DNA of 64,000 nt from an uncultured Gemmatimonadales bacterium (GCA_963809895.1 CAWELD010000003.1:3360001-3424000), one strand, 5' to 3'; positions 10,443-21,578 are shown, counted from the first letter of the stretch. Made by a program: numbers and translations. Notes: generated by a model not told the origin, from the letters alone.

Positions 10443-11017
10443 TGGGCACCAATCGACTGGAGGCCTTCAGCGACGGCGTGCTGGCCATCATCATCACCAT
10501 CATGGTGCTGGAGATGGACGTGCCGCACGAGCCCGAGCTCGCCGCGCTCCGCCCCCTCGTCCCCGTGCTCCTCAGCTACCTGCTGAGCTTCGTGTACCTG
10601 GGGATCTACTGGAACAACCACCACCACATGCTCCACGTCACCAGGCGCGTGAGCGGCGGCGTGCTGTGGGCCAACCTCCATCTGCTCTTCTGGCTGTCGC
10701 TGGTCCCCTTCGTCACCGGCTGGATGGGCGAGACCTCCTTCGAGCGGGTCCCCACGGCCTTGTACGGCGTGGTGCTCCTCATGGCCGCCATCGCCTACTG
10801 GATCCTCGTGCGCACCATCGTCAGCGCCGAGGGCCCGGACTCGCTGCTGGGCCGGGCGGTGGGCGGCGATTTCAAAGGCAACATCAGTCCCGTCATCTAC
10901 GCCGTGGCCATCGGCGCCGCCTTCTACCGGCCCTGGATCGCCGACGCGCTCTACGTGCTGGTAGCGCTCATGTGGCTGGTGCCGGACCGGAGGATCGAGC
11001 GGGTGATGGGGGCGTAG
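10439..11017 (+). CDS. TMEM175 family potassium channel
   Basis: RLEAFSDGVLAIIITIMVLE and YWNNHHH signatures. ATGA-coupled to can. Confidence 0.92.
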   Translation: MMGTNRLEAFSDGVLAIIITIMVLEMDVPHEPELAALRPLVPVLLSYLLSFVYLGIYWNNHHHMLHVTRRVSGGVLWANLHLLFWLSLVPFVTGWMGETSFERVPTALYGVVLLMAAIAYWILVRTIVSAEGPDSLLGRAVGGDFKGNISPVIYAVAIGAAFYRPWIADALYVLVALMWLVPDRRIERVMGA

Positions 11018-11029
11018 AGGAGGAGCGCC

Positions 11030-13615
11030 TCATCCGTCGCGCATCAACATAGTTGGGTCCACTTGGGTCGCGCGGCGAGCGGGAATGACGCTGGCGACGA
11101 GGGCCGTGCCCATCAACACGGTGGGCACGAGGGCGTAGGTCGCCAGGTCCAGCGGCCTGACGGCGTACAGCAGTGGGCCCACCCACCGGCCCGCACCGAG
11201 CGCGATCAGGACGCCCAGGCCGCAACCCACGGCGGCGTAGCCGGCGCCCCGACGCACGACGAGCAGGAGCACGTCCCGCGGGTCGGCGCCCATGGCCATG
11301 CGCACGCCCAGCTCCTTGGCCTGCTGCGCGACCTGCACGGCGAGCAGGCCGTACACGCCGAGCGCGGCGAGCAGGAGCCCCACGCCGGCGAAGAGCGAGG
11401 CGAGTCCGGCGATGAACCGCGCCCCGAAGTTGTTGGCGTGCACGACCTGCTCCATGGTTCGCATGTTCGACGGAGCCACATCGGGATTGAGGTCACGTAC
11501 CAGCCTGCGGATGTCGGCGCCAATAGGCCCCGCGCCCTCGCGCGTGCGGACGTGGAGGGTCATGCCGGACAGGTAGTTCTGCGACGAAGGAAAGAAGACG
11601 TAGGGGCGCGGACCGTCGTACACAAAGACGTAGACGCCGTCTCGCACGACTCCGACGACCTCGCGCTCGTTACCACCCGTTCGCAGCGTGCGCCCCACGG
11701 CGGAGCGTCGCGGCCACAGTCGCTCCGCCAAGGTCTCGTTGACGACCGCCACGGGAGGGGAGCCGTCCACATCCCCTTCGTCGAAGAACCGCCCCTCGGC
11801 GAGCTCGATCTTCATGGTGCGGAAGTAGCTCGGGTCGACCACGTTGGTGGCCGCCGAGATCCTCACGTCCGGGTCCCCGTCGGCGGCCGTTGCGTGGACG
11901 CTGGCGTTGGCCCCACCGAGCATGACGAAACGCGCGAGTCCGACAGACTCCGCACCCGGGAGCGCCCGGGTCCGGTCCACGAGGCGGTCGAAGAACCGGC
12001 TCACGGCACTCCTTTCGTAGTCGTAGGCTCCCAGCTCGATCGTCGCGACCGTGACGTGATGCGGGTCGAATCCCAGGGGCACCTCGGCCATCGCCCTCAG
12101 GGAGCGGACCAACAGACCCGCCATCAGCAGGAGGACGGTACACAGCGCGAGCTGCGCCACGACGAAGTTGTTCCGCCGCCCACCCAGCCGTAGTCCGCGC
12201 GCCCCTTCCTTGAGCGTCGTGCTGAGGTCCGTGCGAGCCGAGGACAGGGCCGGTCCCAGGCCGAAGAGGACGCCGGTCATGAGTGTCACGGCGAGACTGA
12301 CCAGCAGCACGCCCGGGGCGGGCCGCAGGTCCACGGTGAGCGTCGCGTCGAGGGGAAACTGGATGTGGGCCAGCCAGCTCGTGCCGAGATAGGCCAGCAG
12401 CACGCCTCCGGCTCCCCCGATCAGCGCCAGAAGGCAACTCTCGGTGAGGAGCTGACGCACCAGGCGCCCGCCGCCGGCCCCTATGGCCAGACGCACGGCG
12501 ATCTCCCTGCGGCGATCGTGGGAGCGGGCGAGCAGCATGCCCCCGACGTTCGCCGCGGCGATGGTCAGCAGCAGCGCGGCGGTGGCCGCGAGGAGGGTGG
12601 CGCCGAGCCTGAGCACCTTCGACAGGTCGCTCCTCCACAGAACGCTCTCGAGGCGAGCTCCCTGGACCGTGGCGTCGTCCGGCGAGGGGATAGCCCGAGC
12701 GAGCTCGGCGAGACGCTCCTCCGCGATGTCGCGGGGCACGTCGGGACGGAGACGAGCCAGAGGCACAAGCCGCACGGCGGCGTCCGAGATCCCGCTCAGC
12801 CGCGTGAAGGCGCGCCACGGAACCCAGACGTCGCCCGTGAACGTGGACATGGTCCCGAGAAAGCCGCCGCCTACGACGCCCACGACGGTGAACGGCCGAC
12901 TGTTGATGGACACGGTGCGGCCGATCACTCCGGGGTCCGCGCCGAAGCGATTCCGCCAGATCCGCTGGCTGAGGACCACCGAGGCCTCGTCGTCGCCCGA
13001 GTACAGCCGCCCGAGCGCAGGCTTCAGCCCCAACAACGTGAAATAGTTCGCCGACGTCACGAAGCCGTTGACCGACGTGGCCCCTTCGTCGGTTCCGATG
13101 GTCACGCGCGTATAGCTGTGGGCCGCCATTCCCGAAAAGAACGCGCTGCTGCCCGCGCGGTAGGCTTCGAATCGGTCGTGCCGGAGCAAGCGCCCTTCCA
13201 CGCTCTCCCACACGTCGCCTGTGCGCAGCTCCCAGACGGAGACGACCCGGTCGGGCTCCGCGATGGGAGGAGGACGGAACAGCACCGCGTGAGCGATGGA
13301 CAAGACCGCGGTGGCGGCACCGATGCCCACGGCGATCGTGGCCGCCGACACCAGCGTCACAGTGGGATTGCGTCGGAGGCCCCGGAGCGCGAAACGAAGG
13401 TCGAGGACGAGATTCTCGACGGGTCGTCCGGAGAGCACGTAGGTGCTCCACATTCCTGCCCCTCGACCGAGATAGATCCAGATGGCGCGGCGTCGACCCA
13501 CGTTGGCCGCGTCCTCGTGGAAGAGCTCCTCCAGGTCGCCGAGCACGAACTCCTTCGACGCGCCGGGCACGAAGATCGATGCGAGCCACCGGGCCCATTT
13601 CGGCGGGGCGTTCAC
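11030..13615 (-). CDS. ADOP-type duplicated ABC (MacB/FtsX-like) permease
   Basis: GDLEE prefix domain, DLRFALR, two MacB-periplasmic/FtsX halves (RRREIAVRLAIGA; KELGVRMAMGA) and a PARRAT.VDP end. The GTG start overlaps the padR stop. Confidence 0.9.
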   Translation of the reverse strand: MNAPPKWARWLASIFVPGASKEFVLGDLEELFHEDAANVGRRRAIWIYLGRGAGMWSTYVLSGRPVENLVLDLRFALRGLRRNPTVTLVSAATIAVGIGAATAVLSIAHAVLFRPPPIAEPDRVVSVWELRTGDVWESVEGRLLRHDRFEAYRAGSSAFFSGMAAHSYTRVTIGTDEGATSVNGFVTSANYFTLLGLKPALGRLYSGDDEASVVLSQRIWRNRFGADPGVIGRTVSINSRPFTVVGVVGGGFLGTMSTFTGDVWVPWRAFTRLSGISDAAVRLVPLARLRPDVPRDIAEERLAELARAIPSPDDATVQGARLESVLWRSDLSKVLRLGATLLAATAALLLTIAAANVGGMLLARSHDRRREIAVRLAIGAGGGRLVRQLLTESCLLALIGGAGGVLLAYLGTSWLAHIQFPLDATLTVDLRPAPGVLLVSLAVTLMTGVLFGLGPALSSARTDLSTTLKEGARGLRLGGRRNNFVVAQLALCTVLLLMAGLLVRSLRAMAEVPLGFDPHHVTVATIELGAYDYERSAVSRFFDRLVDRTRALPGAESVGLARFVMLGGANASVHATAADGDPDVRISAATNVVDPSYFRTMKIELAEGRFFDEGDVDGSPPVAVVNETLAERLWPRRSAVGRTLRTGGNEREVVGVVRDGVYVFVYDGPRPYVFFPSSQNYLSGMTLHVRTREGAGPIGADIRRLVRDLNPDVAPSNMRTMEQVVHANNFGARFIAGLASLFAGVGLLLAALGVYGLLAVQVAQQAKELGVRMAMGADPRDVLLLVVRRGAGYAAVGCGLGVLIALGAGRWVGPLLYAVRPLDLATYALVPTVLMGTALVASVIPARRATQVDPTMLMRDG

Positions 13616-13950
13616 GACTCCTCCCAGTGCGCTCGGAGGCGATCGACGATGCCCTCGGCCATCTGGTCGACCTGGCGGTACGACGCTGCGAGCGCCCGTT
13701 CCCCACTCGGCGCCATCCGGTAGTACTTGCGGCGGCGTCCGCCCCGCTTTGGGGTCGCCTCGCCTGTGAAGCTCGTGACGAGCCCACGCTCCCGCAGTCG
13801 CTCCATGATGGTGTAGACCGCGCCTGGGAGCACCCTCCGCCCTGCCCTGTGGGCGAGCTCGGCACGCAGGTCGATTCCCGAGGCTTCTCCGTCCAGTTGG
13901 AGGAGGGCCATCAAGAGAAGTTGTTCCAGCTCGCCGAGAGTCCCACCCAT
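13612..13950 (-). CDS. PadR family transcriptional regulator (acidobacterial type)
   Basis: LGELEQLLL…GAVYT..ERL.ERGLV…RGGRRRKYY, immediately upstream of the ADOP permease. Confidence 0.9.
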   Translation of the reverse strand: MGGTLGELEQLLLMALLQLDGEASGIDLRAELAHRAGRRVLPGAVYTIMERLRERGLVTSFTGEATPKRGGRRRKYYRMAPSGERALAASYRQVDQMAEGIVDRLRAHWEES

Positions 13951-14141
13951 GCTGGCCCACTCCGGGGACGGGAAGATGAGGCGAAGAGCAAAAACAACAT
14001 TGTCGGGTTTGTTCACCCGGTCAATGGTCGCGTCGCGGGTCGCCGCTGCGCCTTGGGCGTATCCCCCCCCGATTGCTGCGCGCCTCCTCCCTGCGCACAT
14101 TGCCGCGCCACCCGTCTCGATTCCGCTTCAAGAAGGTCGCC

Positions 14142-15997
14142 GTGCGCCTGCGTATCGCTGTTGCCGTGCTCGCCTCGCTCTCCGTCTCCCTCGCGGCTCC
14201 CATGCCACCCGGGCACAACAAGGCTCGGCGGCCCGCGCTCAGCAGAAGCCGGTATGGCCGGACGAGGGCCCGCCGGTGTGGGCTCCCCGGCCGACCGTTC
14301 CCGAGATCACGGCCAACGACCTGCGCACGCGCCTCTACGGCTTCGCCGACGACTCCATGACGGGCCGCCGGATCGGCGAGCTCGGCAACTACAAGGGCAC
14401 GGCGTACATCGCGGCGGAGTTCGAGCGGATGGGGCTGCAGCCGGCGGGAGAGGGCGGCACCTACTTCCAGGACATGCCCTACGGGCCCGTGGGCTTCGAC
14501 CGGGCGGACTCGCGGTTGTCCATCGACGGCCAGGCCATCACGGCCGGTGACGACTGGATCCCCGTGGCGCCCACGTCGGGCAACGGCTTCGGCGACACCG
14601 CCGACCTGTCGGGGGTGCCGGCCGTGTTCGCGGGCACCTGGGGCGACACCCTGGCCCTCGATCCCGCGCTCTTCAGGGGAAAAGTGGCCGTCTTCGCCGG
14701 GGGCCCCCCGACGCGCTTTCGCGGCTTCGGTGGTCGATCGGGCGGGGCCCCCATGCTTCCGAGCTGTGATTCGGTGCCCGACCGGTTCGGCGCCGAGGCG
14801 GCGGTGGTGGCGGACACTTCGAACGCGGGTGGTCGCAGACGGATGGCTCGCGGAGGCTTCTCGGGCGCCGACGAGACACGCGTCGCTGGACTCGGGGCCG
14901 CGGCCGTCCTCCTCGTGAATCTCGACGAAGGAGCGGGCACTGGCGCCTTCGCCCAGCGGAGTCAGATGCGCCCGGAGGCCACACCGGCCGGCGCGCCACC
15001 GGCTGCGTCGCTCACGCCGGCAGCGGCCGAGCGCATCTTCGGCGGTCCGCTGGATCAGCTCTCCGTGGGTACCCAGGGAAGCGAGGTGTCCGGCCACTGG
15101 GCCTACGCTTTTCACGAGTCGGAGTGGCCGGCGCGCAACGTGATCGCGGTCCTTCCGGGCTCCGATCCAGCCCGCGCCGGCGAGTACGTGCTCATCAGCG
15201 CCCACAACGACCACGTGGGGATCAACAACAACGTGTTCGACCACGACTCGCTCCGGGCCGTGAACACCGTGACCCGGCGGCAGGGCGCCAACGACCCCAT
15301 GTGCCGTCCCAATGCCGAACAGCAGCACACCATCGATTCGCTCATCGCCCGGGCCCGGAGCATCCGACCCCCGCGCAGGGATTCCATCATGAACGGCGCG
15401 GACGACGACGGCTCGGGCACGGTGATCCTGCTGGAGGTCGCGGAGCGCCTGGCCACGGAGCGTCCGGCGCGCTCGGTCGTCTTCGTGTCGCACGAAGGCG
15501 AGGAGGCGGGACTGCTCGGCTCGGAGTGGTTCACCGACCACCCCACCATCCCCCTGGACTCCATCGCCGCGGCGCTCAACATGGACATGGAGGCCAAGGG
15601 GCACGTGGGCCAGGTCCGCTTCGGCGGACCCACCTCCATCCAGATCCTCGGCGCCCGGCGGCTGTCGCGGGAATTCGGCGACGTCATCGACTCCATCAAC
15701 GCCGTGCGGCCGGTGGTCATGGCCATCGACCACACCTGGGACGTGCCCGCGAATCCCATGAATCGCTTCTGCAGGAGCGATCAGGTGAACTACGTGCATC
15801 ACGACGTGCCCGTGGCGTACTTCTCCACCGGCTATTCCCAGGATTATCACCAACCCACCGACGAGCCCCAGTACGCGGACTACGATCACATGGCCACCAT
15901 CGGCGGATTCATCCACGACATCACCATGGCCATCGCCACGCGCAGGGACCGCCCGAAGATCGCCGGACCGGATCCCAACTATCCGAGGTGTCGATAG
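14142..15997 (+). CDS. M28 family metallopeptidase, with a frameshift near 14198 separating the signal peptide from the body
   Basis: SAHNDH, NGADDDGSG, GEEAGLLGS, NMDM and DYHQPTDE motifs. The signal peptide MRLRIAVAVLASLSVSLAA (GTG 14142) lies in a different frame from the catalytic body. Confidence 0.85.
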
Positions 15998-16031
15998 TGA
16001 CACCGGGAGCGACGGCCGCACCCCTCTGACC

Positions 16032-16062
16032 GCCGTTCAGCCGCTCCCTTCCACCCTTCGCC
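16032..16062 (+). promoter_or_regulatory. Possible LytTR-type direct repeat (21-bp period)
   Basis: GCCGTTCAGC at 16032 and ACCCTTCGCC at 16053 resemble the AlgR box ACCGTTCGTC. They lie upstream of the operon ending in LytS/LytTR. Confidence 0.35.
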
Positions 16063-16178
16063 GATATCCCCCTGGGAGCCCCGCGCTCGCCGCCTCTCCT
16101 TGAAGGCGTGAGCGGCGGGATCGGGGACGCTTCGTGCGCTCCGCTCCCGCCAACCGTACGCGCGAAGGGGGTGACGGC

Positions 16179-17330
16179 ATGGGACGACGGTGGACGGGAC
16201 CACGGTGGAACGCGCTCGCGACTCTGGCGATCCTGACGCTGGCGACGCCGGCGTGCGCCCAGGTGCAGCAGCTTCCGGTGGACGACGGCAACTGGGTCAT
16301 CGAGGGCGATGGCGCGGCGGGTGAGATGGACGGCCGTGCCGCACTCAACCTGAGGTCAGCCGACCTCGAGCGCCGCGGCCTCACCTTCCGCGACGGGACC
16401 GTCGAGTTCGACATGAAGACCGTCGACCGCCGGACCTTCGTGGGCGTGAAGCTGCGCATGGCCGACGACGGCACCTGGGAGGACATCTACTTCCGGCCCC
16501 ACAAGTCCGGCCTGCCCGACGCCATCCAGTACGACCCGGCGTATCGCGGCGTGGGCACCTGGCAGCTCTATCACGGTCCGGAGGCCACCGCGTTCGCGTG
16601 GTACGAGCCCGGCCAGTGGCAGCACGTGCGCATCGAGGTCCGGGGATCCCAGGCCGCCGTCTTCGTAGGGGAATCCGACGAGCCCCAGCTCGTGGTGCCT
16701 CACCTCCGGACCGGCCTCACCTCGGGTGGATTCGGGCTCTGGTCGCTCGAGCCCGGCGCCACCGACAGCGACCCCTGGACGGTCTCGCTGGCCAACATCA
16801 GCGTGCGCCCCGGCCAGACCTCCTACGCCTTCCCCACGCCCGCTGACGAAGAGGTCGCGCCGGGCATCATCCGGCGCTGGGAGCTCGCCGGCTCCCGCTC
16901 CGGCGAGGCCAGCGAGCTCAACGCCCTCCCCGAAGACCTGATGGCGACCGAATGGACCACGGCAGACGCCGAGCCGTCGGGTCTCGTCCCGTTGGACCGC
17001 GAGCTGGCCCGTCCCGCCCAGGGCGCGGCGTTGACCTTCGCTCGCGTGCGCATCCGCGCCGACCGGGCCCGCACCGTGCGCCTGGACCTGGGCTACAGCG
17101 ACGACGCCACGGTCTTTCTCGATGGCAAGCCCATCTTCACCGGCCGCTTCTCGTACAGCTACAACTTCCCGCGCCGCGACGCCCTCATCACGCCGGACCA
17201 GGCCACCGTGCACCTGCCCCTGACACCGGGCGAGCACGACGTGGTGGTGGCGGTCAGCGACGTGTTCGGGGGATGGGGGTTGATGGGGCGCATCCTGGAC
17301 CGGGAGGGCATTCAGGTGCTGCGGCCCTGA
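16179..17330 (+). CDS. Secreted protein with a concanavalin/DUF1080-like domain plus a C-terminal jelly-roll domain
   Basis: Signal peptide and the beta-sandwich patterns 'F.DGTVEFD', 'WQHVRIEV.G' and 'LGYSDDATVFLDG'. Confidence 0.55.
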   Translation: MGRRWTGPRWNALATLAILTLATPACAQVQQLPVDDGNWVIEGDGAAGEMDGRAALNLRSADLERRGLTFRDGTVEFDMKTVDRRTFVGVKLRMADDGTWEDIYFRPHKSGLPDAIQYDPAYRGVGTWQLYHGPEATAFAWYEPGQWQHVRIEVRGSQAAVFVGESDEPQLVVPHLRTGLTSGGFGLWSLEPGATDSDPWTVSLANISVRPGQTSYAFPTPADEEVAPGIIRRWELAGSRSGEASELNALPEDLMATEWTTADAEPSGLVPLDRELARPAQGAALTFARVRIRADRARTVRLDLGYSDDATVFLDGKPIFTGRFSYSYNFPRRDALITPDQATVHLPLTPGEHDVVVAVSDVFGGWGLMGRILDREGIQVLRP

Positions 17331-17376
17331 CGCTCCGGCATGAAACGGATCACCAGACGACGATGGGGAGGGGTGG

Positions 17377-19624
17377 ATGAGACGGGGACGGTGGTGGCTG
17401 GTGTGCGCCCTCGGGGCGCTGATCGGCGGAGCGTGCGGGACTCCCGCGGTGGCGCAGACGGTGGATGGCGACGGAGGTAACGCAGGCGCCGCCGCGGACC
17501 CGCTCCCCCTGACCCGATTACGCACGCCGGTGGTGGTGGACGGTCGTCTCGACGACGAGGGCTGGCGGGGCGTACCGGACCTGCCACTCACCATGTACGA
17601 GCCGGTCTTTCGAGGCACACCCCGCGAGAAGACCGAGATCCGGGTGGCCTACGACGACGAGGCCCTCTACCTGGCCGGTTGGTTCCTGGACAGCGATCCC
17701 GAAGGGGTGCGCATCAACTCCCTCTACCGCGACCGCTGGGCCGGCGACGACGCCTTCGCGGTCTACGTGGATGCGTTCAACGACAACGAGAACGCCAAGT
17801 GGTTCGGCACCACCCCCGCCGGCATCCGTTTCGACCAGTTGGTGTCCGACGACGGCGCCACCTTGAATGGTAGCTGGGACGGGTTCTGGGAGGCCCGCAC
17901 CACCGTCACCGCCGAGGGCTGGTTCGCCGAGAGTGCGCATCCCCTTCTCTACGCTGGGATTCCAGGTGGACGCCGCCGGGCGGGCGGTCATGGGCCTCAC
18001 CGTGACCCGGCTGGTGTCGCGCATCAACGAACGCGTGACCTTCCCCGCCATCGACCCGGCATTCGCCTTCCGGCAGCCCTCCAAGGCGAGGGACGTCGTC
18101 GTGGAGGGCGTGCAAACCCGGAATCCGGTGTACGTGACCCCCTACGTGCTGGGCGGCACCGACCGGGCCGCGGTGCTGGACGGCGATCCCCAGGAGTATC
18201 GCAACGCGAGCGGCACGCAGCGCGAGGTGGGCGGCGATCTCCGCTACGGCGTCACCAGCAATCTCACCCTGGACCTGACCGCCAACACGGACTTCGCCCA
18301 GGTCGAGGCCGACGACCAGCAGGTGAACCTGGACCGCTTCCCCCTCTTCTTTCCCGAGAAGCGGCGCTTCTTCCAGGAACGCTCGGGCATCTTCGACTTC
18401 GCTTTCGGCGGAGGCACCCGCCTCTTCCACTCCCGGCGCATCGGCCTGGACGACGACCGCTCGCCGGTGCCGGTCCGGGGAGGCGGGCGCCTGGTAGGCC
18501 GTCTGGGCGAGTGGGACCTGGGCGTGTTGGACATGGAGACCGGCCCGTCGGGTGGGCTCCCGGCGGAGAACTTCGCGGTGGGACGCCTGCGCCGGCGGGT
18601 CTTCAACGACTATTCCACGGTGGGCCTCATGGCGACCAGCCGTGCGGGAGGTGGCCATGAAGACGTCGCGCTGGGCCTGGACGGCTCCTTCCGCCTCTTC
18701 GGCGACGAGTACCTGACGCTCAAATGGGCCGGAAGCGCCCGCGACGACGAGGCCGCCGACGTGGGTCTGCTGGACCGGAGCATCTGGGATGCGCGCTGGC
18801 AGCGCAGGGCGAGCCGGGGGCTGGCCTACACGCTGGAGCTCGTGCGTTCGGGCGACGCCTGGGATCCGGCGATGGGATTCCTGCCCCGCCGCGACTTCAC
18901 CACCGCCAACGTCCTGGCCAACTGGTACGTCTTCACCGACGACAATCCGGTCTTCCGGCGCGTGTTGCCGGGCATGCTGGCGTTCTCGACGTTCCGCAAT
19001 TCCGATGGCGCCCTGGAGTCGTCGCAGTACGCGGTCTGGATCCAGTGGGAGACCAAGTCCGGGGGCGGCGGATGGCTGGAGCCCAAGCTCTTCCACGACG
19101 ACGTGGCCAACGCGTTCGAGCTGGGAGACGGCGCACAGGTGCCCGTGGGCGCCTACACCTACGCCGACCTCCAGCTCTACCTCTCCATGTCCACCGGGCG
19201 GAAGCTGCGCACCGACATGGATCTGCGCGCCGGCACCTTCTTCGACGGCACCCGCGTCCAGCTCATTCTCACGCCTACCTGGAACGTGTCGCGCCACCTG
19301 GAGCTCGGGGCGGACTACCAGATCAGCAGAATCCGCTTTCCGGACCGTGATCAGGGCGTGGACATCCAGGTCGTGCGCATGAGGGTGCGCACGGCGTTGG
19401 ATGCCCGCGCTTCGGGAAACGCCTTCGTCCAGTACAACTCGGTCTCCGACCGCCTGGACCTGAACGTCCGTCTGCGCTACAACTTCGCCGAGGGCACGGA
19501 CCTGTGGCTGGTCTACAACGAGGGGCTGGCGACGGAGCGCATGACGGACCCGGGCACACCGGAGCTGCCCCGCTCCCTGGCGCGCAGCCTGATCCTCAAG
19601 TACACCCATACCTTCGGCTTCTGA
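17377..19624 (+). CDS. DUF5916 / CBM9-like domain outer-membrane protein, with a +1 frameshift at about 17932
   Basis: N-part has VDGRLDD..W…YD.EALY. Removing one A in 'gccgagagtgcgcatc' gives WFAEVRIPFSTL, continuing into NTDFAQVEAD…FFPEKR.FF and a terminal F. Confidence 0.8.
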
Positions 19625-19672
19625 ACCCACGGGGCGCCCCCGAGGCGCGGCGCCCCACCCGACGGAGGACCC

Positions 19673-20755
19673 ATGAGCTGGCGGGTGGTGCTGCTGGTCA
19701 TTCTGGGCTGGTTGCTGGTGGGCGTCGTGTGGGGCGCCCAGACGGCGCTGGCCGCCACGCTCCAGGGCCAGGAGGCGGCACTGGGGCCGGCGGTGGTGAA
19801 CGCCCTGACCCAGGTGATCCCCTGGATTCCCGCGACGCTGGCCGTGGTCGGGCTCACCGTGCGCTTTCCGCTGGACCGGGAGCGTTGGCGCCGGAGCCTG
19901 CCGGTGCACGTGGTGGCGGTACCGCTGGTGGCGTGGCTCGTGAACGTCCTCGTGGTGCTGGGATTCTGGGTCCGGGGCGGCACCTTCCAGGGGCTCGGCC
20001 AGCTCATGAGTCAGGGCGTCTACTGGGCCACCATGCGCATCCACGTGGTCGTGCTGGTCTACGCCGCGCTGGCGGGCATCACCCAGATGGTGCGCATGCG
20101 GCAGGCACTCCGGGCCCGGGAGCTGGACCTGGCCCGGCAGGAGGGCCAACTCGCCACGGCGCGCCTGCAGGCCCTCACCGCACAGCTCCGTCCCCACTTC
20201 CTCTTCAACACCCTCCACACGCTGGGGCAACTGTGGCGGAGTGGGCATGCCGATGAAGCGGATGCCATGCTGGACCGTCTGGGGGCCCTCTTCCAGCGGG
20301 TCCAGGCCAGCACCCGTAGCCTGGAGGTTCCCCTGGGAGACGAGCTCACCATGGTGCGAGACTACCTGGCCATCGAGGAGGCCCGCTTCCGCGACCGCCT
20401 CCGGGTCAGCATCGACGCGGGACCCGGCACGGAACGCTGTCTGGTCCCGCCCCTCCTCCTGCAGCCGCTGGTGGAGAACGCGATCCGGCACGGGATCTCC
20501 GCCCGCTCCAGCGCGGGTCGGCTCGAGGTGGAGGCGACGCGCCGCGGCGGACGACTGCTGCTGGCCGTCGAGGACGACGGCCCGGGCATGGAGGCGGCCT
20601 CGAAATCCCCCGGAACCGGGGTGGGACTGGCCAACACCCGAGAGCGCCTGGCTCAGCTCTACGGCCAGGACCAGAGCATGACCCTCGAACGACCCGCCCA
20701 GGGTGGCACGCGGGTGTGCCTCGACATCCCCGCCAGAGAAGCGACGGATGGTTGA
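19673..20755 (+). CDS. LytS/YehU-type membrane sensor histidine kinase
   Basis: TM helices, QLRPHFLFNTLH H-box, LQPLVENAIRHG, DDGPG and GVGL.N motifs. Confidence 0.93.
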   Translation: MSWRVVLLVILGWLLVGVVWGAQTALAATLQGQEAALGPAVVNALTQVIPWIPATLAVVGLTVRFPLDRERWRRSLPVHVVAVPLVAWLVNVLVVLGFWVRGGTFQGLGQLMSQGVYWATMRIHVVVLVYAALAGITQMVRMRQALRARELDLARQEGQLATARLQALTAQLRPHFLFNTLHTLGQLWRSGHADEADAMLDRLGALFQRVQASTRSLEVPLGDELTMVRDYLAIEEARFRDRLRVSIDAGPGTERCLVPPLLLQPLVENAIRHGISARSSAGRLEVEATRRGGRLLLAVEDDGPGMEAASKSPGTGVGLANTRERLAQLYGQDQSMTLERPAQGGTRVCLDIPAREATDG

Positions 20756-21578
20756 CCACGAGCGGCGGCCCTACCGGGCGGTGGTGGTGGACGACGAGCC
20801 CACGGCCCGCGAGGTGGTGACCACCTTCCTGGACGAGGAGCCCGCCGTGGAGGTGGTGGGGGAGGCGGGAGACGGCGACACGGCCGTCGAGATGGTGCGA
20901 AGCCTCGAGCCCGACCTGCTCTTCCTGGACGTACAGATGCCCGACCGCGACGGCTTCGGCGTGCTGGAGGCGTTGGGAGACGACGTCCCCCCGGGCGTGG
21001 TGTTCGTGACAGCCCACGACGAGCACGCGCTCCGGGCCTTCGAGGTGCACGCGCTGGACTACGTCCTCAAGCCTTTCGGCCGACCCCGCTTCCAGGCGGC
21101 GGTCGCCCGCGCGCTCCGGCGACTGGAGGCCGAGAGCGCGCTGGAGGCGCGGCAGACGCTGAGCGCCCTGCTGGAGGGACGCCGGGCCGGCCAGGGTGCC
21201 GCGGCCGAGCTCACCGCGTCGGGCGAGGGCGCGGGCTCCGAAGCGCCCCGCCGGCTCGGCGTGCGTGTCGGCACCCGCACCATCCTGGTGCCGGTGGACG
21301 ACATGGACTGGGCCGAGGCCGACGGCGACTACGTGAAGCTGCACGCAGCGGGCAAGGTGCATCTGCTCTCGTCGCGCCTGCATGCCTTGGAGTCCGCCCT
21401 GGATCCGACGCGCTTTCTGCGAATCCATCGCTCGGTGCTGGTGAACCTCGACCGGGTCCGGGAGCTGCACCGGGATCCCGACGGCGGGGGCCACGTCCTC
21501 CTCCAGAACGACGTGCGCCTGCGTGTGGCGCGAAGCCGTTGGGAGGACCTGGAGACGGCGCTCCGCCTGGGTCGTTGA
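20748..21578 (+). CDS. LytTR family response regulator
   Basis: Receiver (VVDDE, FLDVQMP, DYVLKP) plus LytTR domain (F.RIHRS.LVN). Confidence 0.93.
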   Translation: MVDHERRPYRAVVVDDEPTAREVVTTFLDEEPAVEVVGEAGDGDTAVEMVRSLEPDLLFLDVQMPDRDGFGVLEALGDDVPPGVVFVTAHDEHALRAFEVHALDYVLKPFGRPRFQAAVARALRRLEAESALEARQTLSALLEGRRAGQGAAAELTASGEGAGSEAPRRLGVRVGTRTILVPVDDMDWAEADGDYVKLHAAGKVHLLSSRLHALESALDPTRFLRIHRSVLVNLDRVRELHRDPDGGGHVLLQNDVRLRVARSRWEDLETALRLGR

